Source of the DNA: Desulfatiglandales bacterium
GTDB taxonomy: Bacteria; Desulfobacterota; DSM-4660; Desulfatiglandales; Desulfatiglandaceae
Direction of reading: 5' to 3'
DNA length: 64,000 nucleotides
NCBI GenBank assembly: GCA_963662465.1
Contig: OY759599.1
Coordinates: forward strand, 5,248,001 to 5,312,000
Of the stretch, positions 27,829 through 36,177 are shown in pieces. The notes under the pieces were generated by a model. The model was not told where the DNA came from, did no database searches, and was given only the letters and a program-made list of their open reading frames with translations. Made by a program: the position numbers and the translations under genes. Every line of letters starts with the position of its first letter. Positions within the stretch are counted from its first letter, which is position 1.

Positions 27829-28679
27829 GCGATCCTCCCGGGCATGCTTTCCCTGAGCCGTGGGTCCACCATCTTTTCCAGGCTGATGGCCAGGAATGTG
27901 ACCATCATGATGAGAAGGGACAAACAGACGATGGGAGGGAAAAGCCAGTGCCACCAGATGTCCATATAGTAGTATTGGAGGGCATAGCTGATCATCATGC
28001 CCAGAGACTTCCGGGTGGGATCCAGAAGACCTAAAAAAGCGAGAGATGCTTCCATAAACATGGCCATGCGGACCTTTGCGGCAAATCCGATGAGATACAA
28101 GGGAAACATCTCCGGAATGAGATGGCGGCCGATAATGTACCCGCTGCCGCCCCCCATCTGCCTGGCGGCGCGAACATGAAGACTTTGCTTGAGGGTGAGG
28201 GTCTGGGCGCGAATGGTTTTGCCGATGGTGGGCCACATGAGGCCCGACAGTATCAGGGCAAGAACATTGGGCGAAGGCCGAAACAAGGCCGCCACAAGGA
28301 TCAGAATCATGATGGCCGGGGTGGCCAGCAGCACATCGGCCAGACGCATCAACACCATATCCGTCATGCCGCCGAACCATCCGGCAAGGGCCCCCAGCAG
28401 GACACCCATCAAAAGGGCGGCCGATGCGCTGAGCATGCCGAAAATCATGGTATTGCGAATGGCGTAAAGGAGTTCCGAAAAAATATCCTGGCACCCGTCG
28501 TTAACGCCCAGGAGGTGGTTTGAGGATGGGGGCGACAGGGGGATGAAATCCATGTTCCAGGGGCTGAAGGGGGTTAGGAGCGGCCCCAGAAGGGTAATGG
28601 TCAGAAAGAAAATGCTCAAGGTTATGCCGGTTAAAAACCAGGGGTCGTGAAAAAGCGTGCGGCGTAGGTTAACGTGCAT
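27825..28679 (-). CDS. ABC transporter permease (DppC/NikC-like)
   Basis: PPS..HLLG.ND..QDIFS, VRAARQMG, SLGMMI. Confidence 0.9.
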   Translation of the reverse strand: MHVNLRRTLFHDPWFLTGITLSIFFLTITLLGPLLTPFSPWNMDFIPLSPPSSNHLLGVNDGCQDIFSELLYAIRNTMIFGMLSASAALLMGVLLGALAGWFGGMTDMVLMRLADVLLATPAIMILILVAALFRPSPNVLALILSGLMWPTIGKTIRAQTLTLKQSLHVRAARQMGGGSGYIIGRHLIPEMFPLYLIGFAAKVRMAMFMEASLAFLGLLDPTRKSLGMMISYALQYYYMDIWWHWLFPPIVCLSLLIMMVTFLAISLEKMVDPRLRESMPGRIA

Positions 28680-29655
28680 GCTGAATCCTGGGATCGATGA
28701 TTCGGTAGACAAATTCCAACGCGAAAATAATGGCGAGAATGATCAGGGAACTCATGAGTACAACCGCCTGAATAACCGGCAGGTCCCGGGCCTGAATAGC
28801 ATTGTAAAGAAGTGTCCCCAATCCCGGGTACGAATTGATTTTTTCCACCACCAGGGCCCCCGTAATCATGAAGGCCAGTCGCAATCCGAACCGGGTCACC
28901 ACGGGAATCAGGGCATTGCGCGCCGCATGGACATAGCGAATGCGAAAGGGCGGTAACCCCTTGGCCCGGGCGGTTTTGATGTAATCGGCCATGATAACCA
29001 TGACCATGCTGTTTCGCGTCAACAGAAAATTACCGGGGAAGTAGGCCAGCACCAAGGTGCAGAGCGGCAACGCCAGATGACGGCCCACATCCAGCACATG
29101 GGCCGAAAAATTCATTTCCCCATAGGCGGTTTCGGCGCCGGAGGCGGGAAGCCATTGCAGTTTCAGGGAGAACACGAACAGCAGGATGACGCCGGCGCAG
29201 ATTTCAGGGATGCCCTCCAGCACAGTCATTCCGCCCACCATCCCTTTTTCAAGAGAACTATTGTGTCGCCAGGCTGCCTCAACCCCCGCCACGAATCCCA
29301 TGACCATGGAAATGATATGGGCCGATCCCATGAGCAGGAGCGTCCACGGAAGCGCCTGAAAAAAAAGGGCCGATACCGGGGTTTGAAAGACATAAGAGGC
29401 GCCCCAGTCCAGCCGAACCACCCGAACCAGATAATGTCCGAAACCGTCATCCCGTCCATAGAAGGTCCGCAATGCAGCCTCCTGCTCGGCGGTCAACGGG
29501 ACCTGAGAGGTGGAATAGGCGGCCGTCACGAAATCACCGGGAAGAAAACGCGGCAGGACGTAACTGAGGTAAGTCATGAACAAGGCGGCCAGACAAAAGG
29601 TAAGGGCAAGACCCAGGTCATTGTCAACAGCGATCGTGTTCGATTTTAAAGCCAT
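28669..29655 (-). CDS. ABC transporter permease (DppB/NikB-like)
   Basis: PRFLPGD, YIKTARAKGL, HAARNAL, YPGLG, RDLPVIQ, IDPRI. Confidence 0.92.
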   Translation of the reverse strand: MALKSNTIAVDNDLGLALTFCLAALFMTYLSYVLPRFLPGDFVTAAYSTSQVPLTAEQEAALRTFYGRDDGFGHYLVRVVRLDWGASYVFQTPVSALFFQALPWTLLLMGSAHIISMVMGFVAGVEAAWRHNSSLEKGMVGGMTVLEGIPEICAGVILLFVFSLKLQWLPASGAETAYGEMNFSAHVLDVGRHLALPLCTLVLAYFPGNFLLTRNSMVMVIMADYIKTARAKGLPPFRIRYVHAARNALIPVVTRFGLRLAFMITGALVVEKINSYPGLGTLLYNAIQARDLPVIQAVVLMSSLIILAIIFALEFVYRIIDPRIQHAR

Positions 29656-29790
29656 CAGTGTTGTGTGAGACTCATCTTGTTTTGCGCGATGGCTGGAAGT
29701 TCATCGGCATAAATTTTCTGTGTTTTGTATAACAGTTCTTTTCGCTTTTGCAAGTCCATTTTCGTTATTTGGGATTTCAGCCGTTCAAGT
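29655..29790 (-). pseudogene. C-terminal remnant of a family-5 ABC substrate-binding protein
   Basis: LKSQITKMDLQKRKELLYKTQKIYADELPAI matches the family-5 SBP C-terminal helix pattern; the rest of the gene is missing. Confidence 0.65.
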
Positions 29791-30427
29791 GTGTTGGAAA
29801 ATGATGGGAACGGGCTTCGGGGAATTTGCCGAAACGCTTCATGGATTCTTCCAGATATTTTTCGCAATAGGTGCAGAAGCTGAGCATGATGCGGTCGATA
29901 TCTTGAATATTTCCGGAAAAATGCATGAGACATTTCTCATCGGTGCAATGCACCATCTCAAAGAGATGACCCAGCTCATGAAGCACTATTTTTACCAGCC
30001 GTTCCAGTATTTTTGATGGCGAGGGCCGGTCTTCACGCCCTCCTTTCATCAACCGGTACATGGAGACCAACGCGAATTTTCCGCCCTCTTGGGCCTCCCC
30101 CATCACATGGGTAAAAATGGGGATAAAGAGATCCACGTTGACGATGGCGATCACCTTGACATAGGCTTCAAAATTCATGGCCTCCAATGCCCTGATAATG
30201 GTTGCTGCATTATACTGCCTTCGTCGTTCATCAAAGGCATACTGAGGGGCTTTAAGGGGCGACAGAATAATTGCGCGGCGCTTGTAATAGCGGGGAATGT
30301 GATCCGCCGCGGCATTCAGGGCCGCTTCAGGGACTTTCCCAACGGGCAAGATCGCAATGCATTGCTTTCCCGGATTTAAGGGATAGAGCATTTTAACGGG
30401 TGGCTCATTGGCCCCTTTGGAGGCCAT
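29777..30427 (-). CDS. Archaemetzincin (M54) zinc metalloprotease
   Basis: R.QY.A, VDLFIPIFTHVMGEA, HELGHLFEMVHC...CLM.FS, FCTYC. Confidence 0.9.
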   Translation of the reverse strand: MASKGANEPPVKMLYPLNPGKQCIAILPVGKVPEAALNAAADHIPRYYKRRAIILSPLKAPQYAFDERRRQYNAATIIRALEAMNFEAYVKVIAIVNVDLFIPIFTHVMGEAQEGGKFALVSMYRLMKGGREDRPSPSKILERLVKIVLHELGHLFEMVHCTDEKCLMHFSGNIQDIDRIMLSFCTYCEKYLEESMKRFGKFPEARSHHFPTHLNG

Positions 30428-31751
30428 ATCGCTTGATCATCTTGTGCAGGGTCACCCGGTTGATGCCTAGGATTTCAGCGGAACGGGTGACATTCCAGTC
30501 GTTTTCCATCAGGATGTCATGGACATAGTTTGTTTCCCGCTCTTTCAGGGTTCGTGCGCCATTGCGTGGGGCAGCGGATACATTCAGAAATGAGAAATTC
30601 TCAATGCCGAGAGTTCTTTTTTTAGAAAGGACAACGGCCCGTTCAAGGGCGTTTTCAAGCTCCCTGACATTGCCCGGCCAATCGTACTGTTTTAAAAACT
30701 TTTCGGCTTCCGGGGTAAGGTGGTCCACATGCTTGGTGGTTTCTCGGCTGTATTTGTTCAGAAAATGTTCGGCCAGCAGGGGAATATCCTCCTTCCTTTT
30801 CCGAAGGGGCGGCATTTGAAGGGTAATGACGTTAATCCGGTAGAAAAAATCTTCACGAAACCGGCCTGAAGACACTTCTTCCGATAGATTGCGCCGTGTT
30901 GAGGAAATCAGCCTGAAATTCACATCGATGGCGGCCCGCTCTCCGACCCGAATAATCTCCTTTTCCTCCAGCACCCGCAATAAATCCACCTGCATCTTGG
31001 GGCTGATTTCCCCAATTTCATCCAGGAAAAGGGAACCGCCCGAAGCCACTTCCAGGAAACCTTTGCGTGTCCGGTCCGCACCGGTGAAAGCCCCCTTCTG
31101 GTGGCCAAACAATTCGCTTTCCAGCAGGGTGTCGGGAAGCGCACCGCAGTTGATGGCAATGAAAGGTCCTTTGGAACGATGGCTCTTGGCATGAATGGCC
31201 TTGGCCACCAGCTCTTTTCCGGTTCCGGTCTCTCCCGTAATCAGGATGGAAGAATCGCTTTTGGCGACCTCGGGAATCAGCTCAAACAGTTCCCGCATGG
31301 GGGGCGATTGCCCGATAATATTGTCAAAACGGGTGATTTCATCCAGAAGTCCCTTCACATAGCGGTATTTGCGAGCCAGCTTCATCTGCGAAACGGTCTT
31401 TTCAATGATCAGGCCCAGCTGATCAGGTCTGAAGGGTTTCAAGAGATAATCATCGGCACCGATTTTCATGGCCTCAACCGCGGACTCCACGGAACCATAT
31501 GCGGTAATAATGATAACGATGGTATCGGGGTAGGACGCCTTTACCCGCCTCAACACCTCGATCCCATCCATTTTGGGCATCTTTATGTCCACAAAAAGGA
31601 CGTCGAAGGGGGTTTTTTCCAGTTTGTCCAAAGCCTCAAAGCCCGATGCGGCGATCTCCACAAAATGACCGGCTCTCTCAAACCAATGGTACAGGGATTC
31701 CCGAACGATCATTTCGTCGTCCACCACCATGATTTTCATTTTACCGTCCAT
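30405..31751 (-). CDS. Sigma54-dependent response regulator (NtrC/AtoC-like)
   Basis: Receiver domain; GETGTGKE, ESELFG, GAFTGA, WPGNVREL; Fis HTH. Confidence 0.95.
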   Translation of the reverse strand: MDGKMKIMVVDDEMIVRESLYHWFERAGHFVEIAASGFEALDKLEKTPFDVLFVDIKMPKMDGIEVLRRVKASYPDTIVIIITAYGSVESAVEAMKIGADDYLLKPFRPDQLGLIIEKTVSQMKLARKYRYVKGLLDEITRFDNIIGQSPPMRELFELIPEVAKSDSSILITGETGTGKELVAKAIHAKSHRSKGPFIAINCGALPDTLLESELFGHQKGAFTGADRTRKGFLEVASGGSLFLDEIGEISPKMQVDLLRVLEEKEIIRVGERAAIDVNFRLISSTRRNLSEEVSSGRFREDFFYRINVITLQMPPLRKRKEDIPLLAEHFLNKYSRETTKHVDHLTPEAEKFLKQYDWPGNVRELENALERAVVLSKKRTLGIENFSFLNVSAAPRNGARTLKERETNYVHDILMENDWNVTRSAEILGINRVTLHKMIKRYGLQRGQ

Positions 31752-31778
31752 GAGGCCCTCCCACCACGGAGAATAACA

Positions 31779-33320
31779 CTATGGGCATACACTGGGAAAC
31801 GTCAATGTGAACGTACTCCCTTTACCGATGCGGCTCTTGACGCGAACGTTGCCCCCATGACCTTTCACCACGCCGTAGACGATGGAAAGCCCTAGACCGG
31901 TGCCCCTGCCTTCCCCCTTGCTGGTGAAAAAAGGATCAAAAATATGAGGCAGATTTTCTTCGGCAATACCACAGCCGGTGTCCGTAAATACCACCCTCAA
32001 AATGGATTTTTTTGCGTCGTGTTCGGAGGTAATGCGCAAGCCCCCCCCCTGGGGCATAGCGTCAATGGCATTGAAAACCAGATTTAAAAAACATTGCTGA
32101 AGTTCATTGACATCGCCCTTAACAATTAAAGGTTGTTCAGATAGCGCCAGCCTGAGATCGATGCTTTGAAGTCCCATTTTATGCTGGGTCAACGCGATAA
32201 CGGATCGGATGATGCCGCCTATTTCCACATCCCGAATCTCCATGGTCGATTCCCTGGCAAAAGAGAGCAGACCTGAAATAATATTGCCGCACCGCTCAAG
32301 CTCACTGCTCATGAGATCCAGGTATTTCTTGAATTGTTCCAGATCTTTTCGGGAGGGCTTTCCCGATGCCAGGATGGATTTCATAAGATGGGAGAAGGTC
32401 AACAGGCCTTGAATGGGGTTGTTGATTTCATGCACGCAGCTTGCCGAGAGTTGCCCCAGGGAAATCATTCGGTCTTCCTGCGCCAGTTTTCCCATATCGG
32501 TTTTAAGTTCCGTGAGGCGCCTTTCCCATCGCGGCGAAAGATCATCGGTAATATCCCGCCAGATTTCAATGACCCGTACCACGTCGCCCGAATCGTTCTT
32601 CACCGGATAGGTTTCAAGATCACAGAAAGTGGTATATTTGCCGTCTATGGCATGTTCATGGATGGCATGGGCACTTTCCCCGGTTTTCAAGGTCTCCATC
32701 ATGGGGCAGGCCACATCGGGATCCCATTCTGAACAGGGTGAAGAAAAACCGTGGGTGATTTCATAGCAGTGTTTGCCCAATGCTTCTTTTTTGGTTCGGT
32801 TCACCGCCTTCAGGTAGGCTTCACTGGCTTCCAGGATGGTGAAATCCGGCGCCAGAAGTACGATCCGTTCGTTGGCGTGTTGAAGGAGAAAATCCGACAT
32901 CATTCTTACTGGGGAAATATCCTTGGTTTTTGAACTGGAATGACCGCTGGATCGGATGAACCACATAATCAACTGGGCCAGGTTATAACCGATGACCCAC
33001 AACCCTTCAGGTTTTTGACGGATAACCTCCATCAAAACATCTTTCGCGTTGGTCAGTTCCACAATGCCGGTGAGTGACGGCAGCGACAGCAGCTCCGTCA
33101 GGCTGCCCGTGGTGAAAATGCCGCTGTTTTTCGCTGCTATCAGGCCTTCGCCATTTCGGTTGGGATCGCAAACCCCAGCGATGCGAATGGTAATTTCCGG
33201 TATGGGATCAAATTGAAGAAGTTTAAGAAAGGCTTTACAGGTTCGTCCACCGCCCACAATGGCCAGGGTCAGGGTCGGTTTTTGGACTTTATTTCCAGAC
33301 AGCGTATTGCCGGCCACCAT
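31779..33320 (-). CDS. Cytoplasmic sensor histidine kinase with Rossmann-like N-terminus and PAS domain
   Basis: IVGGGRTC..IAGVCDPN; PAS with CYEITH..PC; HEINNP, NLVFNA, DTGCG, GTGLGL; no TM segment. Confidence 0.92.
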   Translation of the reverse strand: MVAGNTLSGNKVQKPTLTLAIVGGGRTCKAFLKLLQFDPIPEITIRIAGVCDPNRNGEGLIAAKNSGIFTTGSLTELLSLPSLTGIVELTNAKDVLMEVIRQKPEGLWVIGYNLAQLIMWFIRSSGHSSSKTKDISPVRMMSDFLLQHANERIVLLAPDFTILEASEAYLKAVNRTKKEALGKHCYEITHGFSSPCSEWDPDVACPMMETLKTGESAHAIHEHAIDGKYTTFCDLETYPVKNDSGDVVRVIEIWRDITDDLSPRWERRLTELKTDMGKLAQEDRMISLGQLSASCVHEINNPIQGLLTFSHLMKSILASGKPSRKDLEQFKKYLDLMSSELERCGNIISGLLSFARESTMEIRDVEIGGIIRSVIALTQHKMGLQSIDLRLALSEQPLIVKGDVNELQQCFLNLVFNAIDAMPQGGGLRITSEHDAKKSILRVVFTDTGCGIAEENLPHIFDPFFTSKGEGRGTGLGLSIVYGVVKGHGGNVRVKSRIGKGSTFTLTFPSVCP

Positions 33321-33799
33321 GACGGCATCTCCAGATAAGGAAGTGTATTTGAATAACTTTACACATAATTTCCGTTTGCAGTATATGTGAAAGTGATGCT
33401 TCGGGTCAAGGGGCGCGGAAAAATGTTCTGTTTTTAAACCTGGGCGAGCGTGCCGCTGATGGAGACCTTGCCCGAAGCCGGCAACCCAACCGCTATGAAC
33501 TCTTTGTTGCGGTCTTCCCGGACGGATTTGGCATAAGCATATCCAGGTACTGGTTTGGATTCAGGTGTGCCTATTTGGCTTCCCAAAACGCCTTTTACAT
33601 CGGAGCACAGGAAAAAATGTCCGGCCTCACGAAATGCGCTTTGATTAGGATATTGATTCGGAACCATTTAACAGATGAAATGATTTCAATATGTTAGATT
33701 AAAACCCCACAACATTTAGACTTATGCGGGAAAACAAAGGGCTGAATACATCGGAATTAGCCTGGATAATACGTGCTCTATAAAAACAGGATAATTTTT

Positions 33800-34164
33800 G
33801 AGGAACTCAAGGTTATATAATGCGGCAACTCACCTGAAACCTATCATTGCCACAGGATATTATACCGGAATGCGGCGAGGGGAAATCCTGGGGTTGACCT
33901 GGAATCAAGAAGAACGTGAAGGGCGGTTTCATCTTCCATGACCTCAGACATACATTCAACACGAATATGCGGAAGGCCGATGTGCCTGAATCCGTGATCA
34001 TGTCAATTATGGGGCATTCAACCAGGCAGATGTTCGATCGTTATAACAAAATAGATGGTGAAGATAAGACAATCGGAGTTGAAAAACTGGGGGACTTCCT
34101 TGCAGATACCCACCAAAACGCTCAGCAAGCGGAAAACCTGAAATATGGTAAGGAGTCGATTTAA
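33800..34164 (+). pseudogene. Degraded tyrosine integrase at the tRNA-Ala 3' end
   Basis: [24 protein letters not shown] (box I) joined out of frame to FHDLRHT...MGHST..MFDRY (box II); the middle and N-terminus are deleted. Confidence 0.85.
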
Positions 34165-34165
34165 T

Positions 34166-34241
34166 TGGTGGAGATGAGGGGATTCGAACCCCTGGCCTGT
34201 ACGTTGCGAACGTACCGCTCTCCCAACTGAGCTACACCCCC
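34166..34241 (-). tRNA. tRNA-Ala(CGC)
   Basis: GGGGGTG/CATCTCC acceptor with G3-U70, GTACG-TTCGCAA-CGTAC anticodon arm, CCA. Confidence 0.97.
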
Positions 34242-34310
34242 ACTTGAAAAGGAAACCATCTTGTCCATCCCATGCGGCAAACCTGCATTAACTCCAACAT
34301 ATAACGACGT

Positions 34311-34339
34311 AGTATAAACACCTGGAGAAAAAAAATCAA
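34311..34339 (-). promoter_or_regulatory. Putative tRNA-Ala promoter
   Basis: TTGATT-N17-TATACT on the minus strand. Confidence 0.6.
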
Positions 34340-34368
34340 TATTTTTTTGTCGTGTTCTTTAAATTCAT

Positions 34369-34396
34369 TTGACATCCAACACGGTTGTGGTAAAAG
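34369..34396 (+). promoter_or_regulatory. Putative tRNA-Arg promoter
   Basis: TTGACA-N16-TAAAAG with TG extension. Confidence 0.5.
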
Positions 34397-34406
34397 AAAC
34401 ACCATT

Positions 34407-34483
34407 GCCCCCGTAGCTCAGGTGGATAGAGCACCAGATTCCTAATCTGGGTGTCGTGCGTTCGAGTCGCGCCGGGGGCACCA
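34407..34483 (+). tRNA. tRNA-Arg(CCT)
   Basis: GCCCCCG/CGGGGGC acceptor, CCAGA-TTCCTAA-TCTGG anticodon arm, CCA. Confidence 0.97.
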
Positions 34484-34488
34484 ACAAA
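34435..34488 (+). repeat. att core, left copy (54 bp, tRNA 3' half)
   Basis: cagattcctaatctggg...ggcaccaacaaa, identical to 42206-42259. Confidence 0.95.
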
Positions 34489-34500
34489 AACAATCACTTA

Positions 34501-34527
34501 GGCGGTTTCTCTGAAATCGCCTTTTTT
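34501..34527 (+). terminator. Terminator after tRNA-Arg, supplied by the element
   Basis: ggcggtttc-tct-gaaatcgcc plus T6. Confidence 0.7.
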
Positions 34528-34540
34528 GTCTCGGCTCGGT

Positions 34541-34566
34541 TTTAGACAAAATTTAGACAAAAAAAC
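34541..34566 (+). repeat. Integrase arm-type site (TTTAGACAAAA)x2, left
   Basis: 26 bp identical to 42068-42093. Confidence 0.8.
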
Positions 34567-35283
34567 CAAACCTGACACCTAAAAAGGCCACCGTCTCGAA
34601 TACACTACCACAACACGAAACGCCTTTGTGGCCACCCAGCTATGGCTTTGAACATAAACGGCCACTGTGAGGCATCTCAGAGCGTCATAGGACAACTTTT
34701 AGCCAGTCTGTGTTGTGTAAACCTGCTCTATCAGCACCGATTAGAAAAACGTGTTACGATAATCAAAGGAATGGCCTGAATTTCGACCCTGAAAACCTGC
34801 AAGGATAATTGACTTTCAAAATCAGTTATTATTAGGCGTCCACCCACAAAGTGAATCAAAATCACTTTAAGTTTTTAAACTTTGGCGGTTTGGAAAGGAA
34901 CAAGTTCCCGAATCTCAAGTCTGGAAAGTCCACACCACCCGTGGCCTGGCGTGTTCGCTTCAAAAGCCATACGGATATGCGAATTCAATCCCGTTCGTCG
35001 ATTGTGGACTATCTGAGGACGCCGTGGGTGTTTTTTGTGGACTGTGGAAACTGTATAAACTCATTCCCTCGCGCGCGTGAAAAGTCAGGTTTCGTGAGGT
35101 TTTCCCACAAAATCACAATGTGATAGCTCTACCCTCCATCGAATTTACGGCCTAAACCCTATTTATCATTGTGGTTCTATTTCACGTTTCCAATATATAC
35201 CGTCAAAAGTACCGTCCAAAAGCGAATGTGTCTCATGTTTTGATAGTATTATGAGACACATTCATATCACTTTCAGGCAATTT

Positions 35284-35700
35284 TTATGCTGCCCACTTCT
35301 CCCTTTTTTTCTCGTTAAAGTCCACCAAATCAAACGCGCTCTTTTCACACTCTAGCGTCAATTCCGATAGCTCCCCACCAATGGATGAATGCACTTTCAG
35401 GAACAATTCCATCAACTTGGCCGTTTCCACGTCCTTCAAATCCCTGTTTTTGATTTCTTCAGTGATACGTTGCAACAATTCGCCAAACGCTTTCAGCCTT
35501 TCTTGTTTGGATAGCATGAATTGCTCCCGAAGCGCCTCAAGCTGAATCTCCCGAAGGTTCGTGATATCAAGTGAAAAGTCTTTTGACCACTGCACCAGGG
35601 ATGTGGTGGACACTTTCAGCTCCTTAGAGCATTTTTCAAGTGATCGCCCCATTGCCCGCAGCTCTATGAAACGTTCCTTTTGTTCAATATCCTTTGCCAT
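35284..35700 (-). CDS. HTH plus coiled-coil protein (small-terminase-like architecture)
   Basis: FIELRAMGRSLEKCSKELKVSTTSLVQWSK HTH; AAAGGAG SD. Confidence 0.7.
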   Translation of the reverse strand: MAKDIEQKERFIELRAMGRSLEKCSKELKVSTTSLVQWSKDFSLDITNLREIQLEALREQFMLSKQERLKAFGELLQRITEEIKNRDLKDVETAKLMELFLKVHSSIGGELSELTLECEKSAFDLVDFNEKKREKWAA

Positions 35701-35769
35701 GTTATTTCTCCTTTGTGTAATAATGACTTGGATTATTTAATTTTATTTATCTTTTAGTCTCTTTATGCT

Positions 35770-36177
35770 TTACCACTTGGAAATTGGTTCAAGTTTTTCA
35801 ACTTCTTTTGATGGAACCACCACCCCCTCAAATTCATGTTTGATGATATGGACTTCCCGCAAGGCATCATGGGATATGCCCCGGCTAAGAAGATCCACCA
35901 ACTCAGCATTGCTGTACTCGCAACCGTCCACCTCGGCCTTATCCGGCCACAACAAAACATCAACTGTGGCCCCCAGGATTCCAGAATTCATCTTTATGGC
36001 CACCGGCCCGGCATCCACTTCTATGGTGGGGACGGGATACCCTTTTTTATTTTCAATCCTATACTCAATACCCCCAATACTCTCAAAACCCCCACCACCT
36101 GACACCTTTTGAGGGTTTTGAGGGTTTTTAGTAAGGGAATCAGAGCCCATTTTCTCGCGCCAAGCCATTACGCCCAC
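35770..36177 (-). CDS. Hypothetical protein downstream of the primase; its 5' part overlaps the iterons
   Basis: Open frame overlapping the primase stop; start uncertain. Confidence 0.5.
   Translation of the reverse strand: MGVMAWREKMGSDSLTKNPQNPQKVSGGGGFESIGGIEYRIENKKGYPVPTIEVDAGPVAIKMNSGILGATVDVLLWPDKAEVDGCEYSNAELVDLLSRGISHDALREVHIIKHEFEGVVVPSKEVEKLEPISKW
36058..36130. repeat. 9-bp iterons (TTGAGGGTW-type) in two opposed groups; candidate replication origin
   Basis: tactcaa-tacccccaa-tactctcaa-aaccccc ... tttgagggtt-ttgagggtt-tttagta. Confidence 0.7.

Noticed and set aside
27829..28494. N-terminal 222 aa of the 866-aa ORF
   Set aside because: Alternative frame over the permease; the ATPase starts at 27828
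33434..33667. 77-aa minus-strand ORF
   Set aside because: Its C-terminal half may be a gene fragment, but I cannot assign it, and it has no good start
34851..35123. 90-aa plus-strand ORF inside the element
   Set aside because: Opposite to all other element genes, no SD, and runs through repeat motifs
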